64,000 nucleotides of DNA, from assembly GCA_035084275.1 (NCBI GenBank), contig CM068743.1, positions 40,672,001 to 40,736,000 of the forward strand, given 5' to 3'. Positions within the stretch are counted from its first letter, which is position 1, and every line of letters begins with the position of its first letter. The notes under the pieces are model-generated. The model was not told the origin of the DNA. It worked only from the letters and a program-made list of their open reading frames with translations, and did no database searches. Of this stretch, positions 25,401 through 37,400 are shown in pieces. This DNA comes from Hydrolagus colliei. Lineage: Eukaryota. A program made the position numbers and the translations under genes.

Positions 25401-28400
25401 ACTGAACTACAAGACCCAGAATGCTCATCTCTATAAACAATGCACAGATCGAGGTGCAAGCCGCCATATTGTATTCATAGTCCTCGAATACAATATACAG
25501 GTATACAAGGGGTGGGGGGGGGAGAGACGGGGGGTTGGGAGAGACGGGGGTGGGGTGATGAGAGACGGGGGTGGGGGGGAGGGAGAGACGGCGGGAGGGG
25601 GGGGGAGAGACTGCGGGAGCGGGGAGGGAGATGGGGTGTTGGGAGAGACGGGGTGGGGGGAGAGACGGCGGGGGGGGGAGAGACGGCGGGTGGGGGGAGA
25701 GACGGCGGGAGGGAGGAGAGACGGCGGGAGGGAGAGACGGCGGGGGGAGGGAGGGAGACGGGGATAAAGACGGGGAGTGGGGGGAGAGAGACGGTGGGGC
25801 GGGGGAGAGAGAGATGGGGAGGGGGAGAGAGACGAGGAGGGTGGAGAGACGGGGCGGGGGAGAGACGGGGGGGAGAGACGGGGGTGGGGGGGAGATGTAA
25901 TATACAGAAAGATAGATAGAGATGGGGGGGGATGTGAGAGAGGAGAGACACAGAGACACAGACAGAAAAACACAGAGATGGAGAGAGACACAGAGAGAGA
26001 GATATTTACCTCCTGAGGAGATAGGCCCTGAATGCGCACGCACCTCGCAACGCGCACACATGCGCAGTATGAAAGCCCAGAAAATATCGATATATCGGTA
26101 TATCTCGATATGAGCCCATCAATATATCGAAATCGGAAAATTTCCATATCGACAGACCCTACTATCCTGTGTGAAGCGTAATGTATAAATGCAAGTTGTT
26201 TTATTGATTTGTTGATCAATTATTTCTAAAACTTCCATAATTAGCATTCAGAATGATCCTAAACTGATTCTAAGCTATTTTTGAACAGGTATTTTTTGCA
26301 TTGCAGCTGTGCTTTATTTGTAAATGTTACTAGTGAAGCACTCGGGAACGCTGCCCTGTGTGAAAGGGGCTATATCAATGCCACGTGTTGTCGTTGTTTG
26401 AAATTGGTGTTCTCCTTATATCATTTAACAGCAATGTTTGTTTAACATAGACTCCCTTGTTTCTTCTCCACCTATCTCCACTCTGAGACGCTACCCTGCG
26501 TAGAGGGCGCTATATCGGTGCAAGTTTTTGGTGTTGTGGTTATTGTTGTTTTGGATTCAATTGTATCATTCTTCTTGTTCGCAGAGCCCGAACCGGTATT
26601 TGCCAATAAAGATTCACTTAAAAAGGTGGTGATAGTGCGTTCGTCAGAGAACGCTACTCTTAGCTGCGAAGTGTCGCAATCCAAAACTGAAGTCAAGTGG
26701 TTTAAAGGTGGAAAAATTCTCAGTCCAGGCAAAAAAATTAAACTGAAGTCTGATGGTGAAACACGAAAACTTGTGATTGAGAATGTGGAGTCAAAGGATG
26801 AAGGTGAATATATCTGTGAAGCAGCAGGAGAGAAACTGACTTTCAACATCCAGGTCGCAGGTTAGTCACTGAGAAGATCACCAATACTTTTCACTTTTTT
26901 TCACCTTTTAATGATTTAAAAAAAACTTTTAATCTACTTTTTTATATACAGTACATTCAATATTGGTTTTTTAAAAAAATTAAGTTGTAACTTGCTCATG
27001 TTCAGAATTGTATATTACTTATTTCTTAATGTCATACCCAAATGATAATAATCCTTGCATTTGATACAGCGCATTTTCACTTTGTTGAGATGTCTCAAAC
27101 TGCTTCACCGAAAATATTGTTAAATAGATAGACTGTGTATTTTGTGGGCGAAACATGGCAGCCGATTTCACACATCAGTGTTCCATAAACAATCGTGAAT
27201 TGAGTGACCACATTTTTTTTCCAAAAGTGTTCAAAGATAGGTTCAACACATTAACAGGAGGAACACATTAATACAGGCTCGATGGGCAAAATAGCCTTTT
27301 GTACTGTAAACATGTGAATTCCTTTGCCTGAGGATATTTTTACACATCATCTAAATATCTGGTCAATAATGCAAGTTGTTGTTTTATTGATTTGATCATT
27401 AATTGATCCTAAAACTCCCATATTTAGCATTAAGAAGGATCCTAAACTGATCCTATGCTGTTAATGTATTTTTCTGCAGATTGCTTTGATGTAATGTATT
27501 GGTAGGTATGTGGAGCGAGCAGGAGAGTGGGACAAAGTGGGTAGCTCAATATGGAGTTAATATGGAGTTAGCAGAGACTGGATGAACTGAGTGCCCTATT
27601 TGTGAACTGTTGGCCTGCTAGGATTCTGTTTCCATACCAGCAACAAAGAAAATGTTTTTTTTTCCAGAATCAATGTTTGCCAACAACGATTCAATTCAAA
27701 AGGAAGTCAAGATTCACCAGTCGGAGATTGCCACTCTAAGCTGTGAAGTATCACAGTCCAAAACTGAGGTCAAGTGGTTCAAGGATGGCAAAGTGCTGGC
27801 GATCAGTAAGAAAATCAAAATGGAATCCCAGGGCAAAACTCGAAAACTTGTCATCCAGAACATGGAATCCAAGGATGGAGGCGAATATGTCTGTGAGGCT
27901 GCTGGAGAGAAATTGACATTCCACATCAAGGTCACAGGTTAGTAACTGCACTGCTACCTTGTGCAAGAACTGTTTGTAAGACTTTTACCTTTACTGATGC
28001 GAATAGCTTCCATATTTGACCCCAAAGAATTCACTTCACTTGACAGTAAACTCACAATCTGGGGCTAGGGCGCTGAGGGAAATTCCCCTATCTTTTCAAA
28101 TAGGATACACTATAAAGTATAAACTAACATACTTATGAAATTGTGGACAAACATGGCAGCCAAAATGCGCACTGCAATGTCCCACAAACATTTATGAAGT
28201 CAGTGACCAATTTTTTTAATTTGGTAGATTGTTGGTCAGATAGTGGTAGAAACTGGCTTCACTTTTGAACTGTGCCATGGGATCTTTAATATCTACCTGG
28301 TAGGGTCCGGCGATATCTAAAACCCGATATAATTTTCATATCGATATGTTGAAAAATCGATATATCGAGGTAAAAAATCGGAATGCCGCACACTGAACTA

Positions 28401-31400
28401 CAAGACCCAGAATGCTCATCTCTATACACAATGCACAGACCGAGGTGCAAAGCCGCCATATTGTATTCATAGTCCTCGAATACAATATACAGGTATGCAA
28501 AGGATTGGGGGGGAGAGAGATGGCTGGGGGGTGGGGTGGGGGGGAGAGAGACGGCTGGGGGAGGTGGGGGGGGAGAGAGACGGCTGGTGGGGGGGGTGGG
28601 GGGGGGAGAGAGATGGGGGTTGGGGGGAGAGAGAGACGGCTGGTGGGGAGGGGTGGGGGTGAGAGAGATAGCTGGTGGGGGGTGGGGGGTAGAGAGACGG
28701 CTGGGGGGGGTGAGGGGGGGAGAGAGATGGCTGGGGGTGGTGTTGGGGGGGAGAGAGATGGCTGCGGGGGTTGTGGGGGGGGAGAGAGATGGCTTGGGGG
28801 GGGGGTACCTTTCACAAAGCAAGGCTCGCCCTGGCGTTGTGTAGGACTATAATAATTCCAAGACTCGTCATGGGGCTTGAATCAACAACCTTCTGACTCA
28901 GAGGAGAAAGTGCAACCACTGAGCCAGGCTCTGACACTGACTAAAACAACTTGTTTTCTTTGCAGAGTTGCCTCTCCTGTTCAAAGAGAAACTGCAAAGT
29001 CTAAATGCATTGATCAATGATACAGTTGTGCTGACCTGCGAGTTAAACCAAGTGAAGGGTGATGTGCTTTGGCGACAAAATGGGATTGAAATCAAACCGA
29101 GCCACAGATTAAAAATACAGTCAGAGGGTCACAAGCGAAGGTTAACCATCTCTGGCATTACTGCTGAGGACGAGGGCGAGTATTTGTGTGAATCAAAGGA
29201 TGACGTTACCACAGCTAAAGTGACTACTAAGGGTAATACTACCTTGATTTTTCAATGTATATTTTTAGATAAAGGTTTATAAAGGTTTGATAGTGAGTCT
29301 TGGTGCCTGTCAGACATCAGGAGCTGGATGAGTGCAAATTTCTTGCAGCTGAATGCTGAACTGTCCTTCCTCCCTCACATCCGGTCCTTCACCAGCACTG
29401 CCTTCTTCCACCTCAGACGGATCACCCATCTCTGGCAATACCTCACCCCAAAAGCCACTGAAACGCTGGTCCACGCCTTTTGTCAAGTCTCAGCTGGACT
29501 ATTTCAATGTTCTCCTCACCAGTCTCCCCTATACCACAATCCACAGAGTCCAGCTGATTCAGAATTCTGACGCCCGCGTTCTCATCCGCACCAAACTTCG
29601 CTCCCCCATTACTCCAGTCCTTGCCAGACTTTCCTGGCTCCCTATCCCAGAGAGGATCGATTTCAAGATCCTCACCCATGTCTTCATGTCTTCAAATCCC
29701 TCCAGTCCTCTGCACCCCCCTACCTCTCTGACCTCCTCTCTGCTCAAACCAGCACCCGCTGCCTTCGCTCCACCGGGTCTGGCCTCCTCCAGGTCCCCCG
29801 AATCCTCCGCTCCACCCTTGGTGGCCGTGCCTTAAATCACTATGCTCTGAGTCTCTGGAATTCCCTCCCTCACTCCCTTTGCCTCGCCCCCTCTTTTCTC
29901 AGCTTCAGGTCCCAGCTGAAGATCTTTTTCTTCGACCGCGCCTTTGGTCACCTTTCTTCCCCTGCCCCTGGCTCGGTCCCGGGATCCGCTATTGTGAAGA
30001 GCTCTGAGACGCCGTCCGGTGTGGAGGACGCTATATAAATTGAAGTTGTTATTCTTGGTTGGGATCGATTAAACAACAACAAAATTACAATTATATAGCG
30101 CCTTTCACGCCGGGAGGACGTTCCAAGGTGCTGAATAGTCAGGAATCAGGATCTGAATATGGGTGGTGGGGCAGGGTTGGGATGACGGAGGGCAGAGAGG
30201 TAGGATGGCGGCTGAAGGCATGGTCGAAGAGGAGGCTCTTGAGACCAGTCTTGAAGGAACTGCAAAGATACATTTTGCTGGTGGATTGGATGTGTGTTGG
30301 ATGTGTATTACTATTTGTGCATAAATAAGACAAGACTGCTCATCAATGTAATTTGTTTCACTCTGAGCAGCTCCAAAGGTTATTAAGTTTACAAGTGAAC
30401 TTCACAGTGTGGTGGCTGTGGAAGGAGAGGATGCCATCTTTAAATGCATCGTTTCTCATGGGGAATCCACAGTCACTTGGCACAGGAACGGAGTGAAGAT
30501 TCAGCCAAGTAAGAAGGATCTGATATCTTGCGAAGGGATGAATCATAGCCTGACCATCACAAAGCTCACACTGGAGGACGCTTGTGAAATTTCTGCACAA
30601 GTTGAAAATGCAAAAACGATAGCCACCCTGCAGGTTCGAGGTGAGAAATAATAATAATAAAATAGTTTTGTGGCAAACACCTTGATTAATGACATACACA
30701 GAATATTAACATAACCATTCACTCTTGAAAGAGACAACGTCTTCTAAGGAAAGTGATACATATACCCAGGTAGGACTACACTTACCTGGGATTTTGTGAC
30801 TCCGGATCTTGAACAATCCACAGCTCCTTTCCATCGCATAAGTGCAAAGCTTGGTGAGAGGTTTCCACATAGTCAGGCATCCCCACCTGGTCACAAATAA
30901 TACTACAAATTGATTCAATTATATACTGTATCTTGTAGGAAATAAGATGGAGGTTAAAATGTTATATAGAAATGATATTGAAGTCAATTCTCCTCTTGTT
31001 TTTTGCGATGGGAGGATAGTTGGGTAGATTTAATAATAATCATTTCTTGCTTTTCATATAGCTCCTTATCACATTGTCCAGGCATGTCAAAGTTATTCAC
31101 AGATTATATTGTAAACTGGATTGACTTGATTGTATTTTGTAGGCCAACAGTGTGTGTTAAACTGTGCACAGCTGTGTCCCACAAACAGTTGTAGATTGAG
31201 TGACCACATTTTTGGCAAGAGATTATTATCCCAGGAAAGTGATCCGCCAATCAACAACTGAATTCCTACTTACTGCTGGGTAACCAGAGGTGTGGAGCAA
31301 GGAAACTTGTCTAAGCTTTCGTTCTACTTGGGACATGAACCAGGGTCCTCTCGCTTGCAAGGGGAGAGTGCTAACCACTACATTACGGGATGAGATCAGA

Positions 31401-34400
31401 TAGGTTGCAGTGCAAGGCCCTCTTCATCTGAAGTAATCTTGTGTTGTTTTATTGTAACAGAAGCTCCGGTCTTGTTTAAAAAGAAGCTGGAGAATACGAC
31501 TGTTGAAGAAAAGCAGGATGTCGTCTTCGAAGTGGAGCTCACCAAACCATGCAGTGAAGTCAAGTGGATAAAAAACAACCTAGTCATTCAGCCCGATCGA
31601 AACATAGACATAAAGGTCGACGGCAGCAAGCAGACACTTACCATCAAAAATGTGAGCTTTGCCGACCGCGGATTTTACTCCTGTGAGACACTTCATGAAA
31701 AGACAAAGGCCAAACTGAGCGTTGAAAGTAAGTACTGTACAACGTTATTTCCATGACATTACATTTGTATAGTGCCTTTCGCAACAGGTTGTCAAGATCG
31801 GTAACTTTATTGACCAGCGGAATATCTCATCCCCTAGTGAGCTCTCATTATAGGATAAGTCATGGACTCTCAACCTTCTTTCTATCGTACCATTTGTTAA
31901 TTATAATATAATCCTTGCAGTTAATATAGTGGTTTATCATGTGGTCGAGACGTCTCGAAACCCTTCACAGAATGTACTGTAAAGTGAATTGACTATATGT
32001 TTTGCGGGTGGAACTCTCACTATTGTTTACATTGCCTTGGGACGTCCTCCCGATGTGAAAGGCGCTATGCAAACATAAATTGATGTTGCTTTAGAAATCA
32101 ATTCATGGTTGGAATATTAATTGCTTTCATTCATTCATTAAGTGAGAAAAATCAAGCTGATTAAGGGACTGGAGGACGTGAAGGTACATGAGAAAGAAAC
32201 ATACACTTTTGAAGTTGAGTTGTCCCACGAGGATGTGGAAGCCACATTCCTAAAGGACAGTATACGAGTGAAACCAGGTCCCAATTGTAGAACCACTACA
32301 TTGGGCAAAAAGCATGCACTGACACTGTCTGCTTTGAAGATTGAAGACTCGGGGCAGATCAGTTTCCAGGCTGAAGAAATACGTACATCTGGAAAACTAG
32401 TTGTAACAGGTAAACCTTATACCACATACATACTCTATACTAACCTTGCATTTACTTTGGGAGATTCAAATGTCGGAGGTTTCGATTCGGAGGTTTCGAT
32501 TCTGAATTTTTTTTTGCATCCAGTGAATGAGAAAATGACTTGATAAGGCACCACATCAAAATGAAAGACCTGTCTGATAATCTGGCCAAGGAGCTCCCAG
32601 ATGAATGCAGCGGTAATTTTGCACACCGCATTGTCTCACAGACAATAAATGTACTTTTGTGAGACATTGCTGTATGCAAAATTGCTGCTGCATTTTTCCA
32701 CAAATACTCAGTTTTTTGCAAATACTTTTGGACTTTATATCAAATGCACAAAGGATTTTTTATCCAACTGTGTCTGACTAGATATTACCTAAAATCAACC
32801 TTCCTGTGTTTGTAATTTGTTAGCATTTTGTTTGTTTGCTTTTCTTACACGTTTGGTGTGTTTTGTTTATAACAGAGCTCCCTGTGAATTTTACCAAAGC
32901 TTTAGAAGACATCAAAGTTCCAGAAAAAGAGAAAGTCACCTTTGAATGTGAACTCTCCAGGTCTAATGTGGATGTTAAATGGTTTAAGGTAAATGTCACC
33001 AGAGGAAATTCATTTCATTCATTATTGGAGGGAGGAAAGCGAAAGGTGGGTAAGGAGAAGGAAGTGAAATGACTGTAAATTTGTGGGCAAAACGCACACA
33101 CAGGAGTGTCCAACAAACAGTCGTGGATTGAGTGATCCAATTTTTTTTCAGGGATTATTAATTGTTAACTGATGGTTCACTCAATTCTATGGTTTCTTAC
33201 ATATGAAACCTTCCCATAACAATCCCTCTTTGATACCAGTATTACCTTTATGTGTGCAGTTGGATGCCATGTTTCACCCTCAAAATACACAGTCGTTACA
33301 CTTTACAATATATGATGTGAAGCACTTTGAAACGTCTCGAAGATGTGATAAAGCGCTGTATCAAGTGCAAGGATTATTATTATTCCTTCTGCCCAGCTCT
33401 CCTCTAACATCCAAAACAACACAAACCTTTGGAGAGACATACAACTGTAGAATGGTATTCGTCTAGCGGGAACTCATTCTCAACCTTTCTTTCATTATTT
33501 TTCCTCCACCTTGTCTCAACTCTTTGGAGCTCAGTTTTCAATGAATTCCCACTGGAAATCAGACCATTACACTTCATTTTTCTGCAGGATGATGTGGAGA
33601 TTAAGCCGGGGAAAGGATACAGCATCTTCTCCAAAGGAAGGAAAAAGAGCCTTATAATTCAGAAGTGCGGAAATGAAAACCAAGGCCATTTCACTTGTGA
33701 TGCAGTGGATAACAAGTCCTCAGCTACCCTTACTGTCCACGGTATGTGTTTCATGATATAGTAAAAGCCCATTTATCCGGGGTGGGGAGGGGGGGGTCGA
33801 TTAATTGACTGTCGGATAATCAGGCGGCAAGTTGTCGAAAACCCAACACAAAAAATGTACTTAATTTCAAACATACCATATCAATAATATACTAAATAGT
33901 AGGGTCCGTCGATATGGAAATTTTCCGATATAGATATATCGATGGGCTCATATCAAGATATACTGAAATATCGATATTTTGGGGGTTTTCGTACTGCACA
34001 TGCGCGCACAGCGCGCACATTCGGGGTGCGCGCGTTGCGGGTGCGCGCGCATTCCGAGCCTATCTCCTCAGGAGGTAAATATATTTCTCTCTCTATGTCT
34101 CTCACTCTCTCCATCTCTGTTTTTCTGTCTGTGTGTCTCTGTGTCTCTCTCCCTCTCTCCTGTCTCACATCCCCCCCCATCTCTATCTATCTGTATATTA
34201 TCACATCCACCCCGACTCTCCCCCCCCCCTCCCCCCGTCGTCTCTCCCTCCCACCCCCCCCTCTAGCCATCTCTCTCCCCACCCCCCAGCCGTCTCTCTC
34301 CCCCTCTCCTCCCCCCCCAGCCGTCTCTCTCCCCCCCCCCAGCCGTCTCTCTCCCCCTCTCCCCCCAGCCGTCTCTCTCCCCCTCTCCCCCCAGCCGTCT

Positions 34401-37400
34401 CTCTCCCCCTCTCCCCCCAGCCGTCTCTCTCCCCCTCCTCCAGCCGTCTCTCTCCCCCTCCCCCCAGCCATCTCTCTCCCCCTCCCCCCTGCCGTCTCTC
34501 TCCCCCTCCCCCCTGCCGTCTCTCTCNNNNNNNNNNNNNNNNNNNNNNNNNNNNNNNNNNNNNNNNNNNNNNNNNNNNNNNNNNNNNNNNNNNNNNNNNN
34601 NNNNNNNNNNNNNNNNNNNNNNNNNNNNNNNNNNNNNNNNNNNNNNNNNNNNNNNNNNTCTCCCCCCAGCCGTCCCTCTCCCCCTCCCCCCAGCCGTCTC
34701 TCTCACCCTCTCCCCCCAGCCGTCCCTCTCCCCCTAGCCGCCTCTCTCCCCCTCCCCCCAGCCGTCTCTCTCACCCTCTCCCCCCAGCCGTCTCTCTCCC
34801 CCTCCCCCCAGCCGTCTCTCTTACCCTCTCCCCCCAGCCGCCTCTCTCCCCCTCCCCCCAGCCGTCTCTCCCCCTCTCCCCCCCCCCCAGCCGTCTCTCT
34901 CCCCCCCTCCCCCCCCCAGCCGTCTCTCTCCCCCTCACCCCAGCCGTCTCTCTCCCCCTCCCCCTCCCCCAGCCGTCTCTCTCCCCCTCCCCCCAGCCGT
35001 CGCTTTCCCCCTCCCCCCAGCCGTCTCTCTCCCCCTCCACCCAGCCGTCTCTCTCCCCCTCCCCCCAGCCGTCTCTCTCCCCCTCTCCCCCAGCCGTCTC
35101 TCTCCCCCTCTCCCCCAGCCGTCTCTCTCCCCCTCTCCCCCAGCCATCTCTCTTCCCCCCACCACCCCTTGCATATCTCTATATTGTATTCGAGGACTAT
35201 GAATACAATATGGCGGTTTTGCACCTCGGTCTGTGCATTGTGTATAGAGATGAGCATTCTGGGTCTTGTAGTTCAGTGTGCTCGCATCCCGATTTTTTAC
35301 CTCGATATATCGACTTTTCGATATATCGATATTTTTGAAATGTCTATAGCGGCATATCGATATGAAAATTATATCGGGTTTTAGCGATATATCGATATAT
35401 CGCCGGACGCTACTAAATAGTAACAGAATATTGTGTGGATACTTACCAATAAAGATTCCAGCACACTTGGTAAAATATTCGGCAAAAAAGCATTTTACCA
35501 ATCGGTAAAAACCCAGAGTTCGTAAATTTAATAAGTGCGCATGCATTGCGCGCATGCGCAAAGTGAGCGTGCTCGTGATTGCTGGAATGGGGAATTGCCC
35601 TGGGAGGGGGTTGAACAATTCTGTTGATCGAGTCACGGATAAACGGGCTTTTACTGTAGTAAGACAAATAACATCATTTACACTTTTATTTTAATCGAAT
35701 GGCGGATCGCTTTCCAGGGTTAATAATAATGTTTTGAAAACCGTGGTCGCTCAATCCACGACAGTTTGTGGGATGCTAGTGTGGGAATTGGCTGCCGCAA
35801 AATATACAGTCAATTCACTTTTTACAGTATATTCTGTGAAGGCCTTTGAGACGTCTCGAAGAGATGATAAAGCGCTATATCAAATGCAAGGATTATAATG
35901 AGATGATCGAAAGCACGGTCAAAGAGATGACAAAGTCAAATTCACAAACATTTGACTTCTGCAGCAAGAGTGTTGTTTATTCTGGCAAAGTTGAAAAGAC
36001 GTCACACTATCGATGTAACTGTAGACATACTGTTGAGTGTTTCACTTTGTTTTGTCAGCTCGTGACATAAAAATTACCAAAGCCTTGGAAGACCTTGAAG
36101 TGATTGAAAAGGAGAGCGCTGCATTTGTGTGTGAAATCTCACACGACGAAGTCAACATTCAGTGGTTTAAGAACAACGCCAAAGTGAAGGCTGGGGATAA
36201 CGTGAAAATGCGTCAGGAAGGTAAAGTAAAACGTGACTTTTTCAGATGAGTTTTGACGCGTGTTTCATTTCTTGAAGCCTTTAAAATTGTAATGTTATTG
36301 GACGATCTGATATGAAAATATATATCTACGTTCTGATTGAATTCTGTAGGTTTTTTTTTCCCTCCTGCCTTACATTTAAATGACTATACCTGTATATATA
36401 TTATTACCTGGAATACTTTGCCGGAAAGGGTAGAGGAAGCTGATTTGATGACAACATTTTGGAGGGAAGTGGATAGTTATTTGAGGAGCATAAGTGTGCA
36501 GGGATGTGGGGAGAGAGAGGAGGAGGGGAGTGGGATTGATCTGGACAGCTCTTTTTAAAGAGCCGACATAGACACGATTGGCCGAATGGCCTTCTTCTGT
36601 ATGGGAAGTGGGGGTGGGGGGAGAGGGGTAAGCAGTGTCATCTTGGCTTGATGGGGCTGTGCCTGACACTGGAATATTGTGGCAGTCTTGTTGGTCCAGT
36701 CACTGAGCCAGGCTTGCTTTAATCTTCACATTGTACCCTTTCTACCTATGGCTTTGTTTTACCTGGTTTCAATTTGCTTAAAAACCTATTTCCACTCGTG
36801 AAGCTTCCACTAACATTTCCTTTCCTTACAACTGCTCACACCCACTTTGGACGGTGGGAACCAACATTATTAACATTGTTGCAGCCGATGAAAAGGTAAT
36901 TAATAATAATAATTTAAAAAGTTAAGTTTCCAGGGCTGCATTAGAGATAAGACCCTGTCAATTTCCAATGTAATATTCACACCCGGACATGAAATAATCT
37001 TACTGTATTTTTAAAACAAGAGTATCCAAACTCCAATGATGCTAAATTTCCGAAATACACCGTGATTTTGAATTATACACAAAACAATAACAGTTACATT
37101 CCAACAACGCCTTTTGTGTCGGGAGGATGTTGAATGGGCTCCCGAGCTGGGGACAGGAGCTGAGGGGAACAGTATCATAAGTGAGGCATCGGGCATGAGG
37201 AGTATGAGCCTCACCTTAGACAATAAGTTTGAAGGTAGTCCAATGTGTTTCATGTTGACTTGCAGGAAGGACCTATATTTTGCTTTTCAAATCGGTAAAA
37301 GCTGAAGATGCCGCAGAAATCAAATTTGTGGCTGAGAGCGCTGTTTCCAAGGCATGTCTTCGAATAAAAGGTAAGATCACATACTGTACCAGCAACTATT

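Larger units (their letters stand above)
33759..35656. mobile_element. Tigger-like MITE (family of 762-970) interrupted by hAT copy C
   Basis: Left tagtaaaagcccatttatccgg after TA; right cggataaacgggcttttactg followed by TA. Confidence 0.75.

Noticed and set aside
25294-26219. 255-262 aa Pro/Ser-rich ORFs, and similar ones at 28286-28852 and 22955-23503
   Set aside because: Low-complexity repeat translations within MITEs; no splice or domain support
26472-26849. Minus-strand ORFs overlapping Ig exons (also 27714, 40204, 41630, 48833, 56319, 59581)
   Set aside because: Antisense shadows of the coding exons; their repetition only mirrors exon duplication
19125-27937. Regularly repeated near-identical blocks as a CRISPR-like or prokaryotic array
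   Set aside because: The repeats are spliceosomal Ig exons of 270-276 nt with GT-AG ends; the DNA is vertebrate
33942-35636. Long Pro-rich and Gly/Arg-rich ORFs (up to 480 aa)
   Set aside because: They are translations of the hAT-internal minisatellite, span an N gap and lie inside a TSD-flanked element
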